The notes under the pieces are model-generated. The model saw only the letters and a program-made list of their open reading frames with translations. It searched no databases and was not told the origin of the DNA. Below are positions 40,701-54,270 of a stretch of 64,000 bases of DNA, piece after piece. The stretch covers positions 620,001-684,000 of the forward strand of contig NOWV01000013.1 of NCBI GenBank assembly GCA_003344405.1, written 5' to 3'. Numbering within the stretch: position 1 is the first letter of the stretch; every line of letters starts with the position of its first letter. The translations under genes were made by a program, and so were the position numbers. Source of the stretch: Trichoplax sp. H2. Its lineage: Eukaryota.

Positions 40701-42765
40701 ATTGTAACATTTGTTTTTCCCATAGTCTTTACTATTTGAATATAGCCTTATTATCTTTATGTCATTGGCGACTTGTCTTGTAAATGACGATTCTGCTACT
40801 TGCCGAAAAATGAATGCTTTAGCTGTTAGAACCCTACTTGAAAAAGTACGCCAATTTTCGTAATTTTATGATTTTTAGCTTAATATACGTCCATACATGT
40901 ATAGAATGAATGAGATAATAATCTGTTGTCTTACTTGAAGATGGATGTGACTCATTTAAATGAATTATTGGAATTAGTTATATCTTGGCTGAAAGGTCAC
41001 CGGGTAAGATATTATAATAACGATGAGCCGGTTTTATTTCAATATTTGTAACTTTAATAAGAGTCTTCTGTACCTGCACGTAATTCTAGGTCATTCATCA
41101 GCGATTAGCTCTGCAATTACTGGGTATATTCGCCGAATGTCAAAGCGACTTCTTAGAAAAACGACTAAAGGATGTTTTGCCTTTGGTATTAGCTTTAGCC
41201 AAGGACGGTGACTATGAACAGGTAAAAATTTTAGACTCCTTCTATACGATCTTTTTAGACATAAAAAATAAATGTTTATCTTGTGTTACATTAACAATAA
41301 CCATCTTTTGTTTGAGATAGTCCGATAATTTGGATCATGAGAATATTCGTATCCAAGATTCTCGATGCTATTACCTGATAAATACCCTGCAAAAAATTAG
41401 TGATAAATATGATTTAACCAACGATAAGTATCAAGGTTACATAACATCGCTTTGGGGTAAGATTTACAATTTGTGCTTTAACTGTTCTTATTGTTTGTTA
41501 TGTGTGTTACAATATTATGTTGGATGACTGCATACAAAGTAAACCAGAGTGTATTTAAATTTCATGTTTAATTCATTGATCCTACTATGTAAGAATTTAT
41601 AATCGATAATTTTTTTTATCATCAGATTGTATCATATTTTCGCTGGAATATCCGCACATGTGGGTGCGTTTAACTGGCTGCCAGTTGATAGGGTTCATAT
41701 TTTCCCGATGCAAACCTGATAAAGCTATCCATTGTAAAACTTTTCTAATAAGTCATTTACTGGAAGAGGACACGACAGCTAAATTGCAAAGTCTAATTAA
41801 AATCTTCATTTCACAATTAAAATCAAAGTATTTAGATTCTGCCTTAGCTGACCAAGTATGACATCACTTTAAATTTACGAATTTGGAAATTTTTTTACGT
41901 ATTTTAAGCTATGCTACTTTTCGCGCGGTTGACCTAGGTGACCAAGAATCTTATCTACATTTGCAAAGTAATACAATCAATGAGTGATTCTAAACAAGAA
42001 GATCTATCTTTTAAAAATATTCTCGAAAGTATGTGTAAAATCGCTCGATTGGAATCTGGAAATACTCCGAAAAGCGTGCAAAAGGTTGGCTTCAATACAA
42101 ACATATTATTTTATGTTCTAGACTACTATTCTATGCTATAACATTGTAACTATAATGGCGTTTACTTGCAACAGAGGTCTTGTGTAATTAAATGGATTGC
42201 AGCTATGGTCTTGGATTTAGATTACGATGTTCTTATAAGTAATCTCTCGATTCTATTGCAACCACTACAAAAAGAGAGTTCTTCAACCACTTCGAGTGAG
42301 TTTAATATCATTTTCACATTATAGTATGGTGTCATTATCATAAATGCAAGAGAGTAAGTTTTGTTAAAATGCTTGTATTTCTTAGGTGAAGAATTAAAAA
42401 TTTTATGCGATGAAATTGTGGGAATGATTAAAAAACGTTGTGATCCAGATAAATTTGCTATGGCTTATAGCAGTTCACACCAAACTATAAATGAAAAGAA
42501 GTTAAATAGAAAGAGACAAAAGGCCTTTGAGGTTAAAAAATTCAAGCTTGTTTCCATACTTGTAAGGGCAATGGCCCTTTGTTCTAAATTTTATTAATTA
42601 AATTTATGTACATATTGAAACATCTAGGCCGTTGCTAACCCACAAATTAGTGCTCAGAAACGATTAAAACGAAATTTACGAAAGAAAGAAAGTAGAAAGC
42701 GCAAGATGTATTTGTACAAACCAGAAAAACTTATTTCCAAACGTAAAAAACTAGATCAATCATAA
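25723..42765 (+). CDS. UTP20: Small-subunit processome component 20 (HEAT-repeat, DRIM), many short exons
   Basis: MAKKRM..TRFK|FKGFHERIASIRIDVIHR, ETFFMEALFKWTDLNC, LAVNFARDLQSDFYPYF, LFAKFRNPKALY, DFFENVRHLQVHRRIRA, TTLARGYQ.HILGY, QCRQ..LDYPLG, HEYETGRISALEM and a basic C-terminal tail. Stop TAA at 42763-42765. Confidence 0.95.
26190..26704. repeat. 3 x ~170-178 bp tandem repeat in UTP20 intron 1
   Basis: Units start at about 26190, 26368 and 26537 (TGATAT.AAATAATCAATATATACGA.CCTACC...GCCTGCGCTACAGGC...GTATTCATGAC). Confidence 0.95.
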
Positions 42766-42857
42766 TTATTCCTGATTAAAGAATTTCTGTGGTATCCTTT
42801 GTTACATTAGAATAACATCCAAAAGACAGTTATTACGTTTATTGAACTCCATTTTGG

Positions 42858-45800
42858 CTAATTCGACATTTTCATTATTCGCTTTAAATTACGAATTAGG
42901 GCATGTATAAATTCCAATCTTGATTTATCTTTTCCATAAATCTATTTATGTTAAGAGTGCAACATACAATACGATAAGCATGTTAAAATAGTCTGCAATA
43001 TTGTGTACGAAGATGTATGATATATGTACAGTAGTATTAATTAACTTTAAAGTAAAGAGTAACACTAAAATATGGAAAATAAACGTTAATAATTTTCTTA
43101 CGTCTTCAATTTCATTCATCTTTTTCAATATCGAATCGTTTAAGCATAACGGAGCATCATTTTTAATCTATAAGAGAAATTAGGTCCAAAACTATTGCAA
43201 CATATGCAACTGATAACGTGATATTTATTAACTGCAAATCAAGGATACATTGAACAAACCTGTTCATATTCTTCTTTTGTAATTCTTTCACTATCTGACT
43301 TTAAGCTATTTTCATCTTCATTTATACTGCTACGCGGTAGAGAGATATCTAGCAGTTTCAATAAAAATCCTCAAGCGATTATTGTTTAATACTAAGGAAT
43401 AGACATAGTTTACTGAATAATAATCGAACATCAGGTCGAATATGAAGTTATACTCGTGTACCGTGCAATTTTCTTAGCTTAGAGGGTATTTCTGCGCGAC
43501 GAGATATCAGCACACCGGTGTATTCGTCTAATGTCGGACATCGGAAAAAGAAATACTCTAGGTGATGCCAGACAACATACAGCGAATTTTCGATAATATC
43601 TAGAAAACTTCAGCTAAGAATGCAATCACTTCATCTAATAAAGTTTATTGGATAGCAATTTAGGGAAGAATTATTTTTAAATTTAAAATAGTTAGTAATC
43701 ATTTGCTGTTAAATAAAGGATACAAAAGTAATTTGTTATTTCTTTTCCTTTGTTATTAACTACTTTCGTCATCAAGGTATATATGAATTGATGACGATTC
43801 TTGTTTAATCTTCCCTCAAGCATCAGGATCATGTCTTCTGGTAGAAACTGTGAGAAAAGAGAATTAAACATCGTATTGCAATGTTGTATATGAATGGCAT
43901 TTGAAATGCGGTCTTACATCTTTCCACTCTTCACTCATTAAATCAGCTGAGTTATTCCATTTATAGAGATATTTTTTATAAACATCGAAAGTGACACTAA
44001 AATTGTCTACACAGTCTTTAAGCAACTGTATTAAAATGCTTAAGTCAGGCCATTGGGATGGTTTCTTAAGTTGAGATAACCCTGTGTCGAAGTTAAAAGT
44101 GCGAGTGTTATTTTATAGACAATTGAAACCATATCGGTAGAAAAAGATGCCTTTTGTATTTTTAACCTTTCCGAACAGCGCTTAGTTCAGGTGGTACCGC
44201 TTTAGTTAGCGATGGCGAAAAGCAGGCTGATCCGTAAATAGCTGTGCCTGAAAGAATAAGACACTTATTCAAGATCAGATTATTTACGTCACGACAATAA
44301 TTGTTGTTGTATACCAGTTAAAGTCGCTCGACAATAGGCAGTGATATTTAGGCAGATTTGTTGTAACAATAACTTAATTTCTTGCTTGCAAATTTCCTGA
44401 CTACTTTCTATTAGGGGATTTGAGTAGCCATGATTATTAATTACTGACGCTCTTTTAATATATTGATTCCATTGTTGGTGAGAACAGAAGCGAGGAATCA
44501 GAGATAGCACGTTCTTTCGAAGTTGAAGTAAAAAATTTCTATAATGTTTCTGAAAAAAATTGATGATGACATATTGATTATTACTAGCTTCCAGAAATTT
44601 AATCATAATCATAAAACGATATGCTTACTTGCTCATCATGATCACTTGCAGTAAAGTGTGAATACCAAGTTGAGCTGCCTTCACCAATGTGGTATATAAC
44701 AGTACTAACTAATGATAACTGCTTCAGCGACATCAATGAGACGTTTATATTGTCATTACGAAGGGTAGCATAAAAAATGCTGAGATTCTGGCGAACAAAG
44801 TTCAATATCTACAGTTTTAAAAAAATAGTTCGTTAAAGTTAATTTTATCAAAATTTTAAATCAGTGATGTCGCTGGAATACCTGTGAATAAGCTTCACGA
44901 TGTTTGGAGCCCAACGACGAGAAGATTGATAGAATAATTTCCAATATAGGAAATAACATCTGACGATGTCTGTCAACAGCGTCCGGTGTAAAAAATTCAT
45001 CGTCATCTGCGGTTCTAAAGAGTAAACAATCAAAGGTAATTAACATGCATCTAGTTACAAAGTAAAAATATTATGGTATTACCCTTCAGCCACAATTAAC
45101 TGCTCAGGGGGTTTAGTGGTATAGAATTTACATTCTGTGAGCATTGGTATTATTCCCGAGCGCAAAATTGCTTCAGCGCCGCGTTCATACGAAGCAATTC
45201 GTGCGAGAAGAGCCTAATCAAAATAATATATGTGTCAATGGATAGTGCTCAGGCCAATTTATAAACTATCATAAAAGTATTGTAAATTAACCATTTTAGA
45301 TTCATATATGTATAAAGGTTTCATTGAAATCGGAGTTGATACGGTTAGTGTCTGAAGAATTTCATCACTTCGCACGACGCCTTCAATAAAATGCCGTAAA
45401 TATCCTTTTACATCGAGGTAATCAATCCAACGTTTCTGCCAGTCCATTGAAACAATAACGTCCAGTACAGTAAACGCCAGGGTCTAGTAAAAGTGAAAAT
45501 TCTATTAGATGAACATCGTAACATGATGAAAATAAGTTAACGGTACCATTCCTATGTCAGGAGCATCGCACGCATCCCGACAAATGACATCCATTATAAT
45601 ATCTCCGTAACTGTACAGAACCGACATATCGTCATTTCTGTTTCTCTTGGAATCTGAATATTATAAAAAGTTTTAATACATCAAATACGCGAAAGCCGCA
45701 TTTAATATTTTAAATTGATACCTGAAGATTTCGATGCTTCCAATGATATTTGAAGGTAATGTAGAAGGGCAACGTATAAATTCATGCGAACTCTTTGCTG

Positions 45801-48800
45801 TTTACCACTTGAACGAAGGATAAAGTCAAGAATGCCTTTTAAAATATCTCGAAAAGTTGAAAATGAGAGTGGATCTTCTAGAAATAAGAATTGCAAAGAT
45901 CATCGTTACTAGTCATGATTGATCCATTCGCTAGGCTTACTGTTTTCTTATATTTACCAGCTTTACTATTAATAGAAGATTCTAAACCAACTGGAGTATC
46001 CCTCATCCTAAATGAAGCTAATTTGCGAAATTGTGCCATTAGGGCCAAGACAACGCCAGCAGCTGGGGCTTGAATTTCCGGCATTGCACCATCTCTACAA
46101 CACTGGTTAACATAATAGTCATCGATCATTTATAACATATAATAAAGATTTTCTCGAGCAGAATATATCTATTGTACAACTTTAATACACACCCGATCAA
46201 GTATCTCCTGCAGTAATCGCAATAATAAATCTTCACGCATTTTAGGTTGAAAAAGATCGAATGGACAGGCTCCAAATATTACTTCAACTACTTCTTGCCA
46301 GGCTTCAAATGCTTGTAATTTGGCATACAGAGCACACTGCCTCTTATTCATGAGAACAACATGTTTCAGTAAAGCTTGGATTTCCTAATTATATAATTGA
46401 AAATGCTTCAGCTAATAGTCAAGATTGAAATTGTTAATGATAGAAGTTAAATGCCTAACATTATTCAATCGTTCCTTGTCGATAGTAGCTTTACTTAGGA
46501 TATTGTTGACTTCTTCCTGTAAAATTCGTCGAAAAAAGTTAATATTACAAATTTTGGCGTTATTTTGACGCCAAACTTGTTGGCATGATTGCACGGCTTG
46601 ATCCAGCGCTGTTGGATCGAAAAATTCTAATTGCAGGTCAGCTTGCATATCCTGCTTCACATTGATACAGTCCAGTAAACAAAATAGCCTAATTTTCTTC
46701 TGATGAGTTGTTCTACCAGCTATAAAAATTTGAAATTTTAGTAAAAATATCAGTAATGCACTGCGATAAATAAATTGTTACGCGAGGCATAAAGATAGAT
46801 TTCCATTATCAATACTGAAATGCAATGTATATTAATTAATATAATGGAGAAGAGATCGAATGCATTACCGTCAAAACAAGAAAATTCACTAATGAAGGTC
46901 TTGCTTTGTAGTGCTGTACTTATACTGCCAACATCATCTTCAGTGATATTAGATGAACTGACCAATAATTCAACGAGGTTCTATTGTTGTGAACAATCAG
47001 AATTTTCACTTTAGATGAATTACACCTTTAATCTTTCGAAAATGAAATCAGCTAAGTTAATTAGACCAGGATTGTATAGCTCGCAAATACTCACCTGAGT
47101 ATCAGATCTTTGACGGTTTAAAGACGTAGATTGTAATTCAAGAGCAATACATTTCAGTAGCCAAGATTGTTGTAATAACATGATGACTTTGAATGGGTCT
47201 GGACTATCTGCTTCGTCATGTGTCTGAATATCTATTAAGAAAGACAGTATTTTAAAACATTGCAAGACTAAGAAGTTAATCATAGGGTACAAGCGCAGGT
47301 TTTTTAATACCGTTGGTAAAAGGCATCCTATACAAGTGCTTAGTGAAGAATTCGTGGTTGTTTCTCAAGTATCGTATAGTTGCATTGCAAGTTTCTGTCG
47401 ATGAACATAATTTATAAATGACATGGTAACACTGTTCAACAATTTGTGGAGGTTCCCTAAAACCGTTGTCCAGATTTCTTTGTAGAATGGTCAAGATTGC
47501 ATGTAGACATGTATGAGGAGTGCCTAAAATTCCTAATGGTACTGCGGCTATTAGTAACACGGAGGATAACAAAATAGAAGTAAAGGGTAATTTCAAAATA
47601 TGATATCTGATACTTTTAAGCCTACCTGGGTCTTGTAGAATTGTTTTGGAAACAGATTTACGAACATCATAACCTAATAGAAAATGAGCCAAACTAGGCG
47701 CAGGTAGATCTAGACAGTAAAGTAAAAGTTCAAGGATGCTTTCGCTCACAGCGGTATGGGTCTGAGTCGTATCTAAAATACTTTCATCTCCTTGAAACAA
47801 GACATAAAGTTTAAAGATTGATCGTTCAGATATAAAGAATGTCTACCTTTACACAGTCCCTCATCGTTATGAACATATTGTGGCTAACCTTTCTCAATGT
47901 ATTCTTGATCAAGATCTTGCAAGAAATTCGGTTCGTTATAGAGCGTTTCTAAGTGTTCCACAAAGCCTTTCATAATTTCAAGTGCAATTTCCTACGGAAA
48001 TTTTATATTTATAATAGTTAGTTGCATATCATAAAATCGATTCTGAGTGCTACTACGGAGTACATTTAACTACACAGTAGTAAAGATTACCGGCGTATTG
48101 GTCAGGACGGTAATGATATCTGATTGCAACATAGATGAACGACACATATGGTATAATATATTAACAGCTGATAAAGCTAAATTAGGATTTGTATTCCCGT
48201 GCGTCAGAAATCTGTAGGGGACAAAAAGAACTTATATTATAGTAACTAATAGGGACCAGATAAGCATGATTTAGCATAATCTCTAACCTGGCAATATACA
48301 ATAAATGATCCGTGCTACGAGTATGCGGATTAACATCTAGCAACAATGCACTTAATGGAGTAACAACTAATGATATATCGTATGCACGGAGTATTCGAAA
48401 TAGCTGCTTTTCCAGATGTAAGCTCAACTCCATTAACCGTAAAGCATAGAGGGCAGCTTCCTCCAAATAATTTCTTCCAGCTGTATTAATAAGTAGAAAC
48501 ATTACAATACTGGATCGAGTAAAAGTTCACGTACAAAGTGTTCCGCACACACATATACATCAATAACGATGTCTATGAAGTCTTACAATAACGTTTTATA
48601 CTTACAAGTGCTGGAAGCAAGTTCATCAAGTCCTGTACCAGCAGTATAGGTTACCGATAAAACCTGATTTATAAAAAAATAGTGCATTATAAGTTTATGG
48701 TTGTTCGCAATAGTAGCAAGAAAAAAAGGAACAATTTGGTTGTACAGAATTATTACCAGTTTTAACATAGGAGTTGGCTGTAACATTCTTAAAAATAGTT

Positions 48801-51800
48801 CGTGGCCAGGCGGCTTAACTACAGGGCCAGTTTGCGTAACTGTGCTGTCGGATTGATTTTCCAAGAAGAACTCGGGGGCTGGTTCATAATTTCGCATGAA
48901 TTTTTCAAATAGTTTCAACACAAGACTGGCTACTTGCCACTAAATTTAGAATTTCCGGATTAAGGGTAAAATATTTTAGTAAAATTTCCAATCTTTCAAT
49001 CGAAATCATCGGATAAATTATTTATTTAATAAACCTTTTCACTAGCATCGCGGTACTGCCTAGTACTAAATTTTAAGAAGACATCTTCCAAAAGAAAGTT
49101 TAGGTATGGCTGAAAGCCTGGTTCTCTAGCACTGATAGTGAAAGTGGATGGATAGTAGGCATCTGTTAAATTGTCCAATAAAGTTATGAAAGCTCTGGTT
49201 TCAGGATAGGTTTCATGCTTTGATTCAATCTCGACTAATTCAGCCTAATTTAAATCATAGCAATACATTATAATTAGCTAAGCCTTTTATATTATATGCT
49301 GCATGTATTTAGTATCAATAATAAATAGTGTTACAAACCTCTATACCAGTTTTACGATTCTCATTTGAATTCGTACGTATGATCTAATTAATATTGTTAC
49401 CGAAGTATGAATTAGTAATATGTACAACAATTAGCATAAATAGACCCATACAACGTACTTGAGAAGATTCCAGGTATTGCCATACACTAGGAGCAATTTC
49501 CTGAGATTTAGCAAAACCTGCTAAAGTAAGTAGTATTTCTGCTTTTAATGTAAACGGAACTACGCAGCTCAGTAGGCCGAATAATACTGGCATAGGCATG
49601 TAATGTTGATTTTCGTATAAAGCCATACGAGCTGTTTCATCCTAATAGTTATTATTATGAGAAAGCCGATAGTAATAAGTGAGATTGGTATTGCTAAGGA
49701 TAGACATATAATGATATCTTCAAGATTGACATTTTTCATTAAGCTTACTTGTCCAATTATACGCTGCATTAAGCGTAATATCGCTTCAAGACCTGCCAGT
49801 TCTTCAGGAGTAATTTGATGAATCTGCTGTGATTGACTGGATACTGATCGTGATACAGATTCATTTAAACTGACATAATAGCTGTAAGATTGTGAACATA
49901 AAATAGGAATTTGAATCTTGACGAATATTCAAAATCGATTGCATAAAATTACCGATCACCTTTTAAAGGAGTAAAATACATGATCCCACGATACAGAAGC
50001 TCCACCTCCATGGCCTGAACTATTACTTTTCAGTAAAAGGTAACAAAAATAAGCAGCTTGTGGTCCAGTAGCTAAGCCCATTAACATTTCAACGTATGGG
50101 ACGTACAGGAAAGCCGGTAGTAAATCGCCCGCGAGTCTAACAAATTTGAAGAGGTTGACCTAATTGGCGAGAAAGTTTTAACATAAGAGACAAACTTTGT
50201 AGATAGTAAGCCTAACAATACAAAGGCTAGGTTAGAAAAAAATTTGGCTTACTTGTCGATAGGAAGGTCTACCGCGATAGCTAACACCCATCGAGGTAGC
50301 TCCATAAGTTGTTCCGATATCTGTTTGACACCAATATTCTAAATTGAGTTGTAAATTAAGGGGATCTGTCTTGTACAATTCACCAATCTGTCGGTTGTTT
50401 AAATGAAGTATAAATATATGCATGATCAATATCAAATTATTTTTTAATATATTATATATTATCTTTATCAAAGAAACATTGTTGAATATTTAAAATGAGA
50501 TCGGACCAAATAAAGAAAGTCGGAAAATTCCGTTCTTAAATCAGACGGTTCTCTATTTCCTTCTTGTATAGTAGCTTGCTGAATTCTAGCACTTTCATCG
50601 GCTCCATTTCTAAATTCCTTGATCTAACGACATGTGTATATAATTTATTGTATATTACAGTAAAAATAAACAAGAATGCACCAATTCTGAATAAGGAACA
50701 TATCTACTGATTAATAACCTTTAATGGCATAAGAATGATGATACCAGTAATTAGAGAATGTATCCGTCTGACAAGAAATTCCTTATATAATATAGAATTA
50801 ATAATAATTTATATTTGTTAAAACACACATTATTGTGATTATAGAAACTTTGTAATGTTGATTGTAAAAAATTTTTATTACCTCATTATAAAAAGCTTTC
50901 GATTTGATAACTTTATGACGCAAAAAGCGGAGAGCTCCGATGCGTACTGCATACTCCATAATGACTTCGTCGTCTTCCAATATTTCAGGGTTGTCTAGGT
51001 TGATAGTAGTCTGCTGAGAGCAGACACGTAAAACTAGAGACCACGCCATTAGAATAACTCCTCTTAGACCTTCATCTTCCCAACTTGCACTAGCACTAAG
51101 TAGTGCGTGCATTTCAGGTAAAAATGTTGCATCGTTAACAAGTGGATGAGAAGTATCTATAGAAAGATAACCCAAAGGATGGTGATAATGATGTAACTGT
51201 AAGATGTTGATAATCCTTGACAAGGATTTTATCAACTTTATCAAGGTAATTTCATTACAAGGATAGCACTAACCAGAAGGGATATTCTCATTTTCACCGG
51301 TACCGAATGCTTCAAAATCGATACAATTTAGAGTCGTTGCTAACATGAATACATCTACTGCGTTCAAGGTATCATCAGTAGTCCTTGGTTTATAATTTCT
51401 TACATATTCTATCATCTTCAAGGAATCATTCTTAGATAATGGCTTATAGAAAGACCATATAAACAAGCATTCAGCTAGCGATATGGTATATTCTAGTCAA
51501 GACATAATAATAAGCTGTTAGATATTGTTCATTAGTTTAAAAATAATCACCGATAAACTACTTTATAAATAAGAATCTTATAAAAGAGTAGAATAATACA
51601 ATTTTTGAATGATATTATGGAACAAGATCCGTAGTCCCTGGTTGGTATTGGAACTGATGAATAATATGCAAGCAGAAATTTAGAACATTGCGAGCATTAC
51701 CTTCAAGGATACCAATAAGTTGTAGTCTATATTTGATAGTTTGCGTTGATTGATCTGTTAGAATTTTGGTAATGATATTATCGATGTTTAAAGTTTTAAG

Positions 51801-53474
51801 GGAATCCATTATTTTAGCAGTTATTCCTATAACATCAAGAAAGGAAAATATCTTAACAAGGTAGTTTAAGAGCGAAAGCTGAGTTGGTTGAATGGAGATG
51901 AATATACTGCTATAGCAATTTGTTTGGATGATAATATTAAGGTTGTAGCGTAACAAAGTTAAAAGAATGAGATCATGTTAAAATCATTTAACGTATCACT
52001 AATGACAGTTGAGATTAGTGGATTGTATTTATCCAGTATTACCTTCATCCATAAGATCATTAGTATATTTAGCAACTAATTGGATAAATTCTTCACCCAG
52101 ATCAGAGTCATTAGAGCCATCAAATCTCCATTGAATGAGCGATCGTAAAGAATAGGAAAGACAGCGGCAACCATCGTAATACAGTATTATAGCTAAAGGT
52201 AAACGTTGTAATCCAGGAAAACGTGGTTTCTGATGTTCACTAGCTAAGAGTAACTCCATGGAAGCATATTCGTTTAAATCTAAAATATCGCTTAAATTAA
52301 GAGCTTCTTCGATGAAAGACTGACTGAAAATGCGTGGAACTGGTTCGCCATAGACTTGAATGCCAGAAGTAGCGCCATGTTCTTTGATATTTTTTCGGTC
52401 TAATGCACTTCTCCTCTGTTAGGAAATAGTCATAACAAGTTTATCATTTAAAGCTGTTATTTTGACATGATCGAATTATGCAAAGTGTTGGAATGATATG
52501 CTACGCTATAGCCATGTTCCAATCGTGGTTGGCTGAGTGTAGCGTCTATATCTCTCGTATAGTACAGTACATAGGTAGTTGGAAGTTGCGCTATATGCAG
52601 TATTGCCTGCATCAAGGTAAATTTGAGTTGAATTGATTTGTATCATGGCGCCTGGTATATCGATCGATTGATACGACTGTTGCATAAGTTTTTAAGTATT
52701 TTTACGCCTACTGTAGAATGGTCAATTTATTGACTTGATGCAAGTTGTCTGTAGTTGAATAATTTTATTCTGTACAATAGCAAGATATTATTTTCTATCC
52801 TTGCTTATGTGGCTATTATTTTCTATCCTTGCTTATGTGGCTATTATTTTCTATCCTCGCTTATCTGGCTATTATTTTCTATCCTTACTTATACGGGATT
52901 AGACTAATGTAGATCAAATCATTGAAAAGGATGACAGAAAAGTGCTTATGACACTTAAAATGTTGTATCATCGTTAAAAGAGATGCTACATAATGAACTA
53001 ACCGTTGAGGAGAAGAGAGATAACAACTGAGGTTTATATTTTTTCAGTACTGTTTCAAATTCATGGTAATCCGGTAGCTTGTCCAAAGTCAACGTCGATT
53101 CGACAATATGCCAAATTTCTTTACTGGGACCCCAAACTATATATTGTTGGATAGATTGGCAAGAAATGAATGAGTATGATGTATGCTAGACAAAAAATGA
53201 TTGCATCATTCTACTAGTATCGTCGATGAAAGAAGACTGTCATTTTGCAGCCTATCCAGCATCTCGATACATGAAGTCATTGGTTGATAGCTCGTTCAAG
53301 TGAAATGTTAACTTTCTTTAAAATACGTTCATCTTAAAGTGCTTCAAGACAATTTGTACATGTCTATCCATAAATGATGATGGAATCAATATCAATAAAA
53401 TGATCATTTTAATTTGAGCAAAGAAGAGAATTGATTACTGTTGTACCTCCTCGAACTTGAGTGGAGACCGCCAT
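42858..53474 (-). CDS. NUP205: Nuclear pore complex protein Nup205, many short exons
   Basis: Exon 1 (53447-53474) MAVSTQVRG splices to VWGPSKEIWHIV..LKKYKPQLLSLF. Further motifs: EALNLSDILDLNEYASMELL, IGELYKTDP..LEYWC, LKAEILLTLAGFAKS, APSLAHFLLGYD, WLLKCIALEL, YIIENSLYVVWHHLEYF, and C-terminal IYGKDKSRLEFIHALIR. Stop at 42858-42860. Confidence 0.95.
43600..43723 (-). other. Candidate U12-type (minor spliceosome) GT-AG intron in NUP205
   Basis: 5' splice site GTATCCTTT; branch-like TTCTTAGC shortly before the 3' AG. Splicing joins ..TNYF|YIIENS.. in frame. Confidence 0.75.
52786..52892. repeat. 28-bp minisatellite (~3.8 copies) in NUP205 intron 2
   Basis: TATTATTTTCTATCCTTGCTTATGTGGC at 52786, 52814, 52842 and 52870 (last partial). 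Confidence 0.92.
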
Positions 53475-53511
53475 TCTTGGAGCTCAATTGGCTTGGATTG
53501 TAAGTGCTTGC

Positions 53512-53945
53512 AGGCTGCGGGCTGGTAGCGCAGTCGTGCAGGGCCATCTACAGTACCCAGCTCAGTAGAGTACAGTGCAGTGCAGTAGGGTACAGTACAG
53601 TACTGTACTGTGGAGTAAAGTACTGTACACTGTACTGTACAGCCATGAACCACTAGAAATACAGTACCGTACAGTATGGCACTACGGCTGCGGGCTGGTG
53701 GCGCCTGCGCAGTCGTGCAGGACCATCTACTGTACTGTACTGTACTGCACTGTACACTGTACAGTATTCTTCTAGTAGTCTTTGCTATAGGCTAGCAGTT
53801 TGATATTGTCCTGCGCAGTAGAGTATTACCTGTGTGAGTACAGTGATTTTCTTCACCTGTACTGTACACTGTACTGTACGACTGTGTGAGACTGAAATCG
53901 TCTCCATCAGAATTGGACAACGACGACTTATTGTACTGTACACTA
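53512..53945. repeat. NUP205 upstream region: duplicated GC-rich block plus TACAG/TACTG-saturated tracts
   Basis: GGCTGCGGGCTGGT..GCGCAGTCGTGCAGG.CCATCTAC at about 53513 and 53686, each followed by TACAG/TACTG runs. NRF1-like GCGCCTGCGCA at 53701-53711. Confidence 0.8.
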
Positions 53946-54270
53946 GTGACATTACTTTTGTTGGAGACTGCTGTATTTGGAGATTTGGAGCGATTAGCCT
54001 TTATATACAAGTGTACAACTTTTGTAATGTACTCAACGTTGTGTACCATGAGTGCATCGATTATTACAAAAATGATGTCACTATTTGGTACGTCAAGTAC
54101 ACAAGGGGCTATTATCAATAGACTGTTTGGTGTAAAATAGAAATGGCCATTTTTTGAAACCATAGAAAATACTAGTCATGACAGGATACGCATCAATGAA
54201 TTGAGGAATTCATTATTTATCCATCCATTAAGGTTAATCTACAACGACAGAGTCGCTGTCCTCTCCTGTA

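Noticed and set aside
43241-43248. Second GTATCCTT on the NUP205 strand
   Set aside because: It lies inside an intron whose in-frame donor is CAG|GTTTGT a few bases upstream.
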